Shown here: one piece after another, positions 52,700 to 64,000 of the stretch
Layout of the letters: each line of letters begins with the position of its first letter
Position numbering within the stretch: the first letter of the stretch is position 1
Origin: Albugo candida
Taxonomy: Eukaryota
NCBI GenBank assembly: GCA_040437565.1
Contig: JBDOQK010000001.1
Coordinates: 248,001-312,000 of the forward strand
Length of the DNA: 64,000 nt
Direction: 5' to 3'
The notes under the pieces: generated by a model
The model's database searches: none
Told to the model about the DNA's origin: nothing
What the model saw: only the letters and a program-made list of their open reading frames with translations
Translations under genes and position numbers: made by a program

Positions 52700-55145
52700 G
52701 ATACGCTTCAATGCGTTCATAGCACGTCTTACAGACAAATTAATAGGGGAATTCGTATATGTACTAACTCAGGCGATTGTATTCAATGTAAATGACTACT
52801 GAGAGAAGAAAAGCATTCGCATTCGCATTCCTGTCTCAAATTCTGATGAATCGTCGGAACGCTATATGATCGTCGGAAAAAAGGCTTTTTCTTATTCAGG
52901 GATGTGCGACCAAATGGAATCGCATTGCTTTTTGTTGATTGATAGCTGCTGCATTATCACGACGCAATATCGGTCCACGTTGGAGCACGGTATCATTATG
53001 AAGAAAGATATGGGTATCGACTCAGGAGAGGTATTTGGGCAGTGGAGTGCAATGAATGGTGTCGAAGTAAGTCGTGCCATTGCAGTTCGAGATATTTCAG
53101 TTCTTGGCTTGGAAGGAGATTGAACTGATCCGAACTATTACTCGGAGATGATTTGTGGCCGAATACTTTCGAGATGTTGAGACTGGCTGGTTAAGCACAA
53201 AAATAATCAAGAGAAGAGGTCCTGGAAAGAATACAATAGCTGGGTTGGATAGACATGAGGGAGTCGGGCTTCTTATGTGGGTTCTTTTCTTGGTTGTACT
53301 GTATTGTGTTATGATTTCATGGAGATGGGAAACAGTCACGCAATCGTATATGCATTGTGTGGTTGCTGGTGGTGTTATTCATCCGGCTACATGATTGCTT
53401 GGATATGACCCAATGGTGCATTTATTCACCACAGCTTGCGGCTCTAGAGGTACGAGTGATCGCCATAATCGACAATGTTATGGAAAAGCGTTAACGTGGG
53501 TGCCATGTCACTTCTCGCACATCAAAATGGAATACGTGGTGAGTCATGTTGAAGGCTCTAGTGCGCAAAATTACGTAATGTCTGCAGAATACCCGTAATT
53601 GGAGGATGGTATGGAAGTACGGCTAATGAACTAGCGGACCGAGATCAGGCACAAGGTACAGATCTTTATACATCTGCAGTAATCAGGCCGGCCGAATTGT
53701 ACCTCCTTTGTGACTTCTTCTACAAAGGCGCTTACTTTATTATGTTTATGAAAGATATGTGGTTTCACAATGTGTCGACATCGCTCCATATCTCGAAATT
53801 GGATCGATACCGCTTCCAACTATGACCATTTCGAAGACTTTAAGTGCAATATTGTACAAGAGTATGCATACCTGTATCCCTTCAAAAAATATATGGAACG
53901 ACATGCAGAGCTTTGGCTCAAAATTCAATTGTGCTTAAACTCGAAGCTGTTCAGCATTGCATCAAGTCCGACAGGAAAAATCACGGTTTTTGATGGAGTC
54001 GTTCCATGAAGCTGACTCATCATTACGCATGACGAAAAGAGAGTTGTATTCACATCCATTTGAGAGATGAAGCGACCCTCGGCGGCCAGACTGTCGACAT
54101 CATTATTTGTTCGCACAGTATTGTTTTCCTCGTCGTTCATATTCATTGCTTGCACTTTAACATCTCGAGTCTCGTTCCATTCAATTCAACAGCCCATACC
54201 TTCCACTATTCTCATTAAATGACACAGTGACGGCAACGGTTGGAAGACATTCATTATATTTCGTTCAACTTTAAACCATTGTCGACGCAACCGCATTGTG
54301 ATTCACGTGCTCTCCCGATTGCATTTGATCGACTATGGCTTCTGGTAGAGCCCTTACAATACACTTCAAACAGCGCTCCATTCTGCGCTCAACCAACACA
54401 TTTGCTGAAGCTCTTCACTCGACTCACAATCGCAGCCAGATATATCCGAGTCGGGAAGTCTTCTTAGTGATCCATTAAGAGGATACTCACTAATCTTCAA
54501 AATTTGGTGTTGCGGCCATGTGTCTTTCAAGCGAAAAATTGAGGAAAGCACTCAGTCTTAAAGAATATTACTCGGAACACAAAAGTTGCTCTGCATGACA
54601 CCTTCACCTCACCGAAATATCGTAGCTTAATTTTCACTTGCAAGCGTGTGTATCACGCACAAAGCAATTACGGGATCTTATTGTGTACCTTGGTAAATCC
54701 TAGCTACTTACATCAAGAATTTCGGCAAAAATTGGCTTTACAGAAAATTAAGATAACTCAGATGCCGGAATTCATTCCTTTCGTGAAGGTTTAGATCNNN
54801 NNNNNNNNNNNNNNNNNNNNNNNNNNNNNNNNNNNNNNNNNNNNNNNNNNNNNNNNNNNNNNNNNNNNNNNNNNNNNNNNNNNNNNNNNNNNNNNNNACT
54901 CAGTCTTAAAGAATATTACTCGGAACACAAAAGTTGCTCTGCATGACACCTTCACCTCACCGAAATATCGTAGCTTAATTTTCACTTGCAAGCGTGTGTA
55001 TCACGCACAAAGCAATTACGGGATCTTATTGTGTACCTTGGTAAATCCTAGCTACTTACATCAAGAATTTCGGCAAAAATTGGCTTTACAGAAAATTAAG
55101 ATAACTCAGATGCCGGAATTCATTCCTTTCGTGAAGGTTTAGATC
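52700..55145 (+). mobile_element. Decayed MULE transposase remnant
   Basis: Ordered fragments KAFAFAFLS/DESSERY (cf. AFAFL-x2-E-x2-E-x-Y), TSFVTSSTKAL...MCRHRSISRNW (cf. VTD-x3-AL...LC-x-WHI-x2-N) and NTLQTALHSALNQHI (cf. NTTTNRVESAH-x2-LK). Confidence 0.5.
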
Positions 55146-55249
55146 AGAAGCTCACCAGAATCTCATGTTATCCATCACTCTTTTGGATTGATCTTCATCG
55201 TCTACTCGACCGTGTCGTAGACGCGTACGTCTACGAGTTGAAGTGCTTC

Positions 55250-55919
55250 ATCACTCCCAAATATTAAACCCTCCCTCAAGTTCTAGAGCCCTGATGCGAC
55301 CCCAATCCCATTTATTGAAGCTGAATAGCTTTATTGGAAGCTGGTATAACGGTTATGATGATGACAGTCGATTCAGCTTCGACATCTTTTGTATGCACTC
55401 CGTATTTCCAAGCTTCTCTGTAGAAGATACTCTTATGAGCATTGTCAATAACAATGATACTCCATTTAAACGCGTCCGCTTTTCGGTGCTGCACGTGCGA
55501 TCATATCTTTCACTGGCTATGCGAGCTTTGGCGGCGACAATATCTCGGAACACGTTGCCATTGCGCTTATACTTGTTCACACGTACTCCAATTTATATAA
55601 TCCTCTGGTTTGATGATCTGTATCGGATCAAGATATAGGTGCGCATCATACAGCTTTCCGGACGACCTTCCACGTATCTTCTCGAAACGTACTACCCCTC
55701 CTGTACATTCCGAGCACCGCATCGCTACATTCAGTCTGGAGAATGTCCCGCGGGGATCTCTTCTCGTCTGTCGATTTGTACATGGAACACCACCTTCGCT
55801 CCATCCTCTAAGAAGCCTTGCTGATGTCCTTTTTTCCACCAACTTAGCTTGTCAAACCCGTTTTGAAACTCATTAGTCGCTTCGTTGCAGAGACGCTTCC
55901 CACCACGCTGGCCCTTCAT
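55250..55919 (-). mobile_element. Possible pogo/CENP-B-like transposase N-terminal remnant
   Basis: MKGQRGGKRL... and DIVAAKARIASERY (cf. CENP-B HTH II-x2-KA-x2-IA); frameshifted, weak similarity only. Confidence 0.25.
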
Positions 55920-58304
55920 CTTAAATTGTAATGCTTGCCGGAATGAGAAGGTCGTGTCGAGGACACGTTGGAAGATGCTGCATTAAGACTTTAAACCACT
56001 TCTTTTATCGAATGTATGGCTTCCGACTCGAGATTTTCAATTGAGATAGCGAAAGCCAAGGTTATCGTGGATTCCGTATGGGTTTGCACCTTTCTTCTAA
56101 CCACCAACACTTGAAAGAGTGAATATATTTCATACTTTGCACTATGGCAGCGACAGCCAAGTCAAGACAAGTCGTTCTTGTGGCTATGTTATTCCCCGGG
56201 TATCAAAAATGGGTCCTTAGTGACGCCAGAATGTACAAGCCGAATCGTTGTTTCCTACACACAAAGTGTGCTTTCAAGGCTTGCAATCTGACATGGATAA
56301 ATCCAGCGACGTCCTCGCTTGTGCACGAGCTCGTATTGACTACGATAAACTTGATGTAATTCAGTACAAATCCCAGAGCCATCCTGTTTTTAACACACGA
56401 CGCAGCCCATGGATTTCTTGGAATTCCATCACGCAGTGGAACGATGTTGATCTCAAATTTTGGACCAGCATTTTCGTACGCATGAATGGATAATCGAATC
56501 GATAGAGGGTAAATCTCTCCGCCCAATTGAGAATACTTGATTCTCCTCCCGATCCACTTGAATTGTTTTTCTGCACGTTCTCGACGCGAGTACGAGCACG
56601 ATATCTTCGTCTATAGAGGTAGCATATATCGCAAGCTGAATGACGCTGCAAGACTTTGAGCTATCTAGCAAGCTCTCAATACACCAATGTCTAAAAGTGC
56701 AAGCAACCATAGTTTTATCGCACTCGTTCATTTCTCGGAACGAAGTCTAGTGCAATTATACCATTGATGCGTCATAGTTCTCTCGCTTTGCAATATGATA
56801 ATAGAGCCGATTCGTAACATAATGCCTTTTGATTAAAGTACTGCGAGACTCACGCAGAAAGAAGGCTAGATCGTCATCATTCATCTCTCCACGCGTTTGA
56901 GATGTACCGCAGAGAGCTCGTCTACTTGATGCTGAGCAGCCGTAAATGGTGGATGCATACGAATGCATCTCCACTTTTAACCCTTGGAACTTCGAAAAGA
57001 GCTATGGGCATTCGCTTCAAACACTCTATTGTCATGGATCATGTCGGGATGCATCGATCTTAGGCGATGATAATGAAATAAATGGAGTTGAACTGTAGGA
57101 GTTTCTGAATGCAGATCTCAAATCTGTGCGATCTTGATTACAAGAACGATGAAATCCGCTCTTGAAACTGAGTATTTGACGCTCGCACAATATATCTTGG
57201 ATGATGGTTTGGTAGTTAAGCTTCCAAAACTGACTAGCTGATGGATAAATTTATCATTAAATATTTGATTTACATTATTAGATAGATATAAATCGCCCTC
57301 ACTATAGAAGAACGTCAACGCGAGCTGATACTTATAATCAGCCGAAATTGACTAACTGATGAATATATATTTGTATCGGGCGTCGCTCTTACAGTATGCT
57401 TCCATCCTTGCGTTTTCCTTCCATTTTATGTGGCTCTGATGNNNNNNNNNNNNNNNNNNNNNNNNNNNNNNNNNNNNNNNNNNNNNNNNNNNNNNNNNNN
57501 NNNNNNNNNNNNNNNNNNNNNNNNNNNNNNNNNNNNNNNNNAGAACGTCAACGCGAGCTGATACTTATAATCAGCCGAAATTGACTAACTGATGAATATA
57601 TATTTGTATCGGGCGTCGCTCTTACAGTATGCTTCCATCCTTGCGTTTTCCTTCCATTTTATGTGGCTCTGATGCGGACCTAAAAAATACCGGTTTTATA
57701 CATCAGCTTCTCGATTTCTTAGCAAGTGGTTTGATCTAGATTATCAATGGCCAAGTTGGCTATTTCCGAAAAATACGCTACCATCAAGAATACAGCGTCT
57801 AGCAAATGTCAAAAAGAATGGTTTCTTCGGTAAGTCTATTATTCGAAAACGATGATTGATGATGCGAAGGCAACAGCAAGCAGAATTATATTCCGAGACT
57901 CAGTTTAGGTGCTGCACTCGAATTAGTGTGGTTGGCATCCCGCTTTGCTAGCCATTGTTGCCGAGTCCATACATTGTTGCAAGGATAGACTATACGACGT
58001 GATATAATATTTTATTCATTTCTATGTACTGCAACAAATCAATTTTCTTATCTAATACAACATGTAAAGTATACACACCATCTATGATAGTCTAGGAACT
58101 TGATGATAGGAAACCATATTCTATTCATCAGAAATATTTGGGGGCATGTGCTGGTGTGTATTGCAATATTATGGGAGAAGCGTTGCAATGCATTAGGAAA
58201 CGAANNNNNNNNNNNNNNNNNNNNNNNNNNNNNNNNNNNNNNNNNNNNNNNNNNNNNNNNNNNNNNNNNNNNNNNNNNNNNNNNNNNNNNNNNNNNNNNN
58301 NNNN

Positions 58305-59120
58305 AAGCGTTGCAATTTTTTTAAGAACGAAGAAGTGTGTTGGATTTTATCAGAAAATTGAGGGGCATGCGTTGGCCTGCATGAGGCAAGTACGGTCAAG
58401 CGTTGCAATTTTTTTAAGAACGAAGAAGTGTGTTGGATTTTATCAGAAAATTGAGGGGCATGCGTTGGCCTGCATGAGGCAAGTACGGTCAAGCGTTGCA
58501 ATTTTTTTAAGAACGAAGAAGTGTGTTGGATTTTATCAGAAAATTGAGGGGCATGCGTTGGCCTGCATGAGGCAAGTACGGTCAAGCGTTGCAATTTTTT
58601 TAAGAACGAAGAAGTGTGTTGGATTTTATCAGAAAATTGAGGGGCATGCGTTGGCCTGCATGAGGCAAGTACGGTCAAGCGTTGCAATTTTTTTAAGAAC
58701 GAAGAAGTGTGTTGGATTTTATCAGAAAATTGAGGGGCATGCGTTGGCCTGCATGAGGCAAGTACGGTCAAGCGTTGCAATTTTTTTAAGAACGAAGAAG
58801 TGTGTTGGATTTTATCAGAAAATTGAGGGGCATGCGTTGGCCTGCATGAGGCAAGTACGGTCAAGCGTTGCAATTTTTTTAAGAACGAAGAAGTGTGTTG
58901 GATTTTATCAGAAAATTGAGGGGCATGCGTTGGCCTGCATGAGGCAAGTACGGTCAAGCGTTGCAATTTTTTTAAGAACGAAGAAGTGTGTTGGATTTTA
59001 TCAGAAAATTGAGGGGCATGCGTTGGCCTGCATGAGGCAAGTACGGTCAAGCGTTGCAATTTTTTTAAGAACGTAAAAGTGTGTTGGCTTTTATCAGAAA
59101 ATTGAGGGGCATGCGTTGCC
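58305..59120. repeat. 93-bp tandem repeat: 8 identical units plus a diverged partial ninth
   Basis: Unit aagcgttgcaatttttttaagaacgaagaagtgtgttggattttatcagaaaattgaggggcatgcgttggcctgcatgaggcaagtacggtc starts at 58305, 58398 and so on to 58956 and 59049. A degenerate unit lies before the gap at about 58125-58204. Confidence 0.97.
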
Positions 59121-59529
59121 TGAATCTTGTAAGAAAAACCTAAAACGCTGCTGGAGTGTATCGGAAAAACGAGGAAATTAAGAATTGGAATAAATTATAA
59201 TGAAGACGTCGGCGCTCCCGGTCGCGAAAGCTATATCTTGCTGTTTTGGTCATGTGTTTTGCTTTACCATTCTTTCTTCGATTCCGACTCTTTCCATTTA
59301 ATCGAATATTAGCCTAGAATTGGGACATTACGTTGACTTCCAGATTCCAACCTGTCCCTAGCAGTAGTATTCTTCACTCTAGATACGATAAGATTAAACA
59401 GGTCTTATTGTACTTACTAATTGGGGTTTATTCGTCCGAACTCTTCCATAAAGCAAATTTGGCAGCCTTAGAAGACTCATTTTTCAACACACGCTCGACT
59501 GCTCACACCATATCAAACGAATTGATCAG

Positions 59530-60012
59530 ATGGTTCGAATGACGTCTCAGAGGTTGGCAATGGTTGGTACCGTTTTGCTTTACTCGACTGCCCAGCACCC
59601 AGTGTTGGGTAAGCAATCACAATCAGAACAAGACGAATATTATAAGAGACTTGATACTTACACCAAGGCCACTACTGATCGTCTAAAGGGACTTGTGGGA
59701 GCTTTGCAAAGCGGTAACGTGCCTAGTTTTCATGAAATCGTAGCTCATAGAGTGATTTCTCTTCGAATTTGATCAGATCCTAGTTCTGTGGATACAGAAG
59801 ATCTGGTTTCGCAGCTAAAAGAGATCAGTCTACTCGCGTCGGAAACAGAAGAAGCTGCAATCAGCCTGTCATATAGAAAAACCAATGATAACATGATAGC
59901 GAGAAAAAGCAGCCTCGAAAATTACCAAGAAGAGGAGACATCTTCCAGCTCCGCCTCCCCCAGTCAAAATCGAAAATCAAAAAATAAAAAAAAGAGAAAG
60001 ATTCTTCGATAA
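59530..60012 (+). CDS. Small putative secreted protein, paralog 1 (139 aa, basic NLS-like tail), candidate effector
   Basis: Exons 59530-59713 and 59777-60012 are in frame across a 63-nt GT-AG intron. Signal-like MVRMTSQRLAMVGTVLLYSTAQHPVLG; tail RKSKNKKKRKILR*; Inr-like ctcatttttcaa at about 59476. Confidence 0.7.
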
Positions 60013-60804
60013 TTTCAACTTACACATTGGTAAACACGGGTTAGACAACTCCGACAATCATGTGTTTTCTTTACAAACCTGAGACTTGGAACAAATCAAG
60101 CAGCATGAAATAAACTTATTTTCCAAGATTATGAAACATTAGTAACTAATTCTCCCTTCGCGAGATATTCTGAAGTCTGTTCCAGTAAGGCTGCCGCTTA
60201 TCTGTAAAGCGAGCCTCCCTACGCACTTAATCGATTCCTTCACTCTTCGATGTAGTCACGTTCCCCTGCATACTCATATGTTATACCATTCGTTTGGCAT
60301 AATCCAATCAACGAGGTCTGTTGTGCCCTCTTTTAGCGCACCAATGTGTGATCTTGCTCTGCTTTTGCTCTGAAGTATTATTCTATTGCAATATATCCAA
60401 CTACCACTGATTGACATATTGCCAAAAATCAGAAAGATGCAAAGTGCATGTAGAAGAACGCCTACATTATCAAATCTGCACGCTAAATTTCTATCGTCGC
60501 TAAGTGCATCATCAACGGCGCCGGAACTGCTTTGCGATTCTTTCTTTCATTCCTTACCAAAGGTGTCTCTTTCCATATAACGGAAACTTGGCGCACAATT
60601 AAGACATAACGTTGACTTCAGATTCCTCCAAAGTTGTAGCATTCTTCCTGCCTAGAAACGATAGAAGTATACAGGTTTTATTGTACTTAATAAGTTGGGT
60701 TTTATTCGTCTGAACTCTCTCATAAAGCAAACGTCGCAGCATTAGTTTACTCATTTTTCAATACACTTTCGACCACTCACACCGAATCAAATCAATTAGC
60801 GGGA

Positions 60805-61266
60805 ATGGTTCAAATCATGTGGCAAACGTTGACAATGGTCGGATCCGTTTTGCTTTACTCGACTGAGCAGCACCGAGTGTTGTCCAAGCGATCACGATCA
60901 GGTCGGAATGATGAAGTACAATGGAGCCAACTACTTCTTGACACAGTTCAACGTGCATATGACGAAGGTTTAAAGATTGAAGTAGATGAACTCCGCAAGG
61001 AAATCTCCGGATTGCAGAAAGAAAACGATTTGAGTAAAAGAATTAATGAAAACATCAATCACGGTAATGTATCTAACCTCCATTACCCGTAGCCTGAAGT
61101 ATATTGCTCACTTCAAATACCATCAGATATTGAAGCTCTGGTGGAACGAATAGAAGCGGCGGCACAACGCTTCCACAATACTAACAAGCTTCAAGCTGAC
61201 GAGTTACATCCGCTATCTTCCACTTCTCAGTCTAACCGAGAATCACAGAAAAAACTTCTTCGATAA
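60805..61266 (+). CDS. Small putative secreted protein, paralog 2 (132 aa), candidate effector
   Basis: Exons 60805-61063 and 61127-61266 are in frame across a 63-nt intron in the same phase. MVQIMWQTLTMVGSVLLYSTEQHRVLS...SQSNRESQKKLLR*; Inr-like motif at about 60750. Confidence 0.7.
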
Positions 61267-62749
61267 TCTTTATACCTCCACTCTCGTCAACACGTATTGG
61301 GCACCCGTCGAAAAAGCATGTTTTCACAACCTGCTCTAAAATTGGAAGATATTACATAAAATATACTCACTCTTTCGAGTTTATGATATCTTAGGAACCG
61401 ATTCTCATTGCGTTAGTTATTAGAAAGTCTGTTCCACCTTCAGCTACCGCTTTTTGGTTTCGCCACACTCCCTACGCAATGCCTTGTTTTCCTCTATTGC
61501 TCAATGTAACCACGTTCCCTATTACATTCCCATGCTAAACTGCTTGTTTGGCATAATCCAATCAGTGCTTTGTTAATAATCTAATTCCAGATTCCAAAAA
61601 CTTCTTTTGTTATCAACTCCTTTTAGTTCACCTATAGTTGCTCTTGCTCTGCTTTTGCTGTGAATTATCATTCTATCGCAATATAGCGTAACTACCACTG
61701 ATTGACACTTCTTTAGACAAGAATTTACAGAGGAAAGTTGTCAAGGATTGTTGCGATAATTCTGCTCGTCAACTTCTACTAAGGCGATGAGGGGAATTCA
61801 GCACCGACCTTCATCTTCTCTGAGCAAGTGCTCCTGTAGCCTCAGACCAATTTTATCTAGATACCCTGGAATCTTTGACAATCGCGGCTTCTCGGATTCT
61901 TGAGACGCCAAATCGGTTTCGGTCGTATTGCTTTCCCTGCTCTTTTCCAAACAAATCGAGCACCGGTAAATACTAATTCACGAGTACGGATAAAGGAAAC
62001 ACCGAACAGAATTATTGAGGTTTTGTATAATGCCAAACAATCCGGAAGACACAAATCGTATAGAGAACGACGCCTCCATTATCAAATCTACAAGCAATAT
62101 TGCTGTCGTCACTAAATGGATCATCAGCGGTGTCGGAACCGCAAGATTTTGCACAGTATTCAATGGCGACATACTATGAGGTATTGAAGACGTGACACAT
62201 GTGTTCGAATGCCAGCGGTGCAGGGAATGTAATACAATCAATGTAGACACATACAAGAGATAGGGATTGATATTGTACTACCTATCATCTTTGTCCATAC
62301 TCAGATAGCGGCGAGATAATGGTATAAAGTAGCAGGTCTGACTCATATAGGCTGGGATCATCTTTGATTCGCAAGGTTGAGTGTTTCCGTAGGTCGAAGT
62401 GTGTGCACTACCGTAATCGCAGCAAGTTGGCGCTATGGAGTCCCAAATGCAAGTAGAACCAGAAATGAGCTCAATTTCCACTGTTGGCGTGCAATAAGCG
62501 CGTGCGGAATTCGCATCGTCGATCCTTGCGTACAAACTCCGAAAACTCTACGGTAGAGTTCAAAGTTTGCTAATAGCAAGACTATAATTGCGTTTGTGTC
62601 AAAGCGCAGGCCATGTAGGATATATCGTAACGCAATATTCCGCTCCAAAAAGAGTAGAAGCATTACTGTTCCAACCGTGAACGTAGTCAAGCATTACGCC
62701 TTTGCTGCTCTAAATGGTGTAGCTCATTGAGCAAATGCAGGACGAGATA

Positions 62750-64000
62750 ACGTTTCGATGTGTATAAAGCTCGCGATTTAAGCAGCGTTATCGGTTGGTC
62801 CTTCGTCTCCGCCTTGATTCCATCGGAGAATAGCGTACATTGTATCTAGAGGGTCACCAGAGATTCATGTACATGTATCGATACAACTTTGGAACTCTAA
62901 TTGCGCTCAACACCGCCTTGAGCTCAATATATTTTGCAATTGATACCGCTGGGTGCTGCAAAGTGGCTAGCATCCTACAACAAAACTGCTACCTTCACGA
63001 GACAGGGTCTTTCGCTAGTCATCTATCTCTTGTGCGTCCCAAACAATAAAGCAGGTCTAGAAAGCGAAGTTGGAGGCATTAAATCCCCACGGTCGCCAAA
63101 AGCTGCATGCTGATAATATCTGTTTGCAATCACTTCGAATTCACACGATGCATCCCACCTCCGAAATTGCGAACTCGTACGCTTGTCACCCGAAATGTGA
63201 TATGTCTTGGCTGAGATCGCACAAGCAATCATAACACGCTTGAAATGTTCAGACACTCAAGAAGAAAAAATAGGTCCAAGAGTGCATCATCCAACAAACC
63301 GCTCGAAAGTGCTCTCCAAATCGAACAATTCGGTTGTACATACAGAAGAGCTTTCACGGTCAAAGTCATAAAGTTCTCGCTCCTCACGGAACAATTTCTA
63401 TTCCATAATCAAAGATATTGACATCAACCAAACGTTTGGACATCGTACTAAATTCAGCAAAAAAAAAGAATAAGAAATTCCTTCATTGGAAAATCCTGGA
63501 AATGGAGCTGATCGTAAATTTAATGAATTCCTGGTTTCTCAGTGTCTATCCTTTGATCCACAATTTTTCGGTAATTTCCTTCTGTTCGATGTCGCAGTAT
63601 ATAGCCTTTGCTGAATATATCGCTAATCAAGCATTCTTCTTTATATCGCAAGACACTACAGTGGACCACCGTGTCTTTGCGGCCCAAGGTAGAAATCCAG
63701 TTTTCATCGCAAGGAGTGGATCGCTGTAGCCAAGCCTTGAAGCAGATACACCAACACCTCATTCAGCAGTTCTTCTCATTGATACGACTCAGCATTTAAA
63801 ACAGAAATTTCGAAATAAAAAAAGTTGCATCGAGAATTCTCTGTGGTGAGCTTCCTTTCAGCTTTGTCGACGAACCTCTATCAGCTTCCTATCGGTTCCC
63901 ATTCGACTCCCTTTCCTTTAAAGTACAATCCGAAAGCAGGCCATTAATAATGGATTTCGCCACGTTCAGGCGAATTCGACTTTGTAAGTTACATTTCTGA
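62750..64000 (-). mobile_element. Decayed pogo/Tigger-like (Tc1-mariner superfamily) transposase remnant
   Basis: Ordered fragments ENWISTLGRK (cf. S-x-GWL-x2-F-x2-R), ELYDFD/ALLYVQPN (cf. IYN-x-DETALFY-x2-P), KRVMIACAISAK...GDKRTSSQFR and LATLQHPAVSI (cf. TS-x-LQP-x-D-x-GI). Confidence 0.45.

Larger units (their letters stand above)
59323..61708 (+). repeat. Diverged, genuine tandem segmental duplication (about 59323-60417 and 60602-61708)
   Basis: Alignable upstream, intron and downstream DNA (acgttgacttc-agattcc, ctcatttttcaa, tttggcataatccaatca, aactaccactgattgaca) with many substitutions and no gap between the copies. Confidence 0.9.

Noticed and set aside
58305-59120. Repeat array as CRISPR, or as 312-aa/288-aa proteins
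   Set aside because: Units are identical with no unique spacers, there are no cas genes and the context is eukaryotic. The ORFs arise from a 93-bp unit that lacks stops and have no credible start or domain.
61857-62690. Hydrophobic minus-strand ORF fragments
   Set aside because: Possibly a decayed gene, but I could not assign any family from the sequence.

Overview
Eukaryotic, intron-containing DNA from an oomycete. The very short intergenic spacing, 50-65 nt GT-AG introns, Inr-like promoter motifs and gene content suggest an Albugo-like obligate biotroph; this is an inference. A gene-dense core (about 7.7-50.4 kb) encodes a UBA-like plus 4x Pol-beta 8-kDa-domain protein, cyclin H, Cwf18/CCDC12, a C-x4-C-x9-C-x2-H repeat protein, AMMECR1, CK2-alpha, a flavin amine oxidase, CDC45, a PPR protein, kinesin-5, an atypical TxH MAPK, a histidine phosphatase-NAD kinase (NADK2-type) fusion, CAMTA, mitoribosomal mL40 and a tandem-DEP protein. 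The flanks are gene-sparse and hold decayed MULE and pogo-like transposons, a 93-bp satellite and small effector-like genes; a possible Copia-like remnant interrupts the core at about 17.4-20.6 kb. There are 15 gaps of 100 N, and 13 are flanked by identical direct duplications (about 10.8 kb in total) that are best explained as unmerged contig overlaps, so apparent gene duplicates there should be ignored. Top candidates for new biology: (1) the spliced His-phosphatase/NAD-kinase fusion, a possible bifunctional NADP(H) switch; (2) the polymerase-less tetra-repeat Pol-beta lyase-domain protein; (3) a tandem pair of putative secreted proteins with conserved non-coding DNA but hypervariable mature regions; (4) a structured, H/ACA-like RNA in an unusually long intron.
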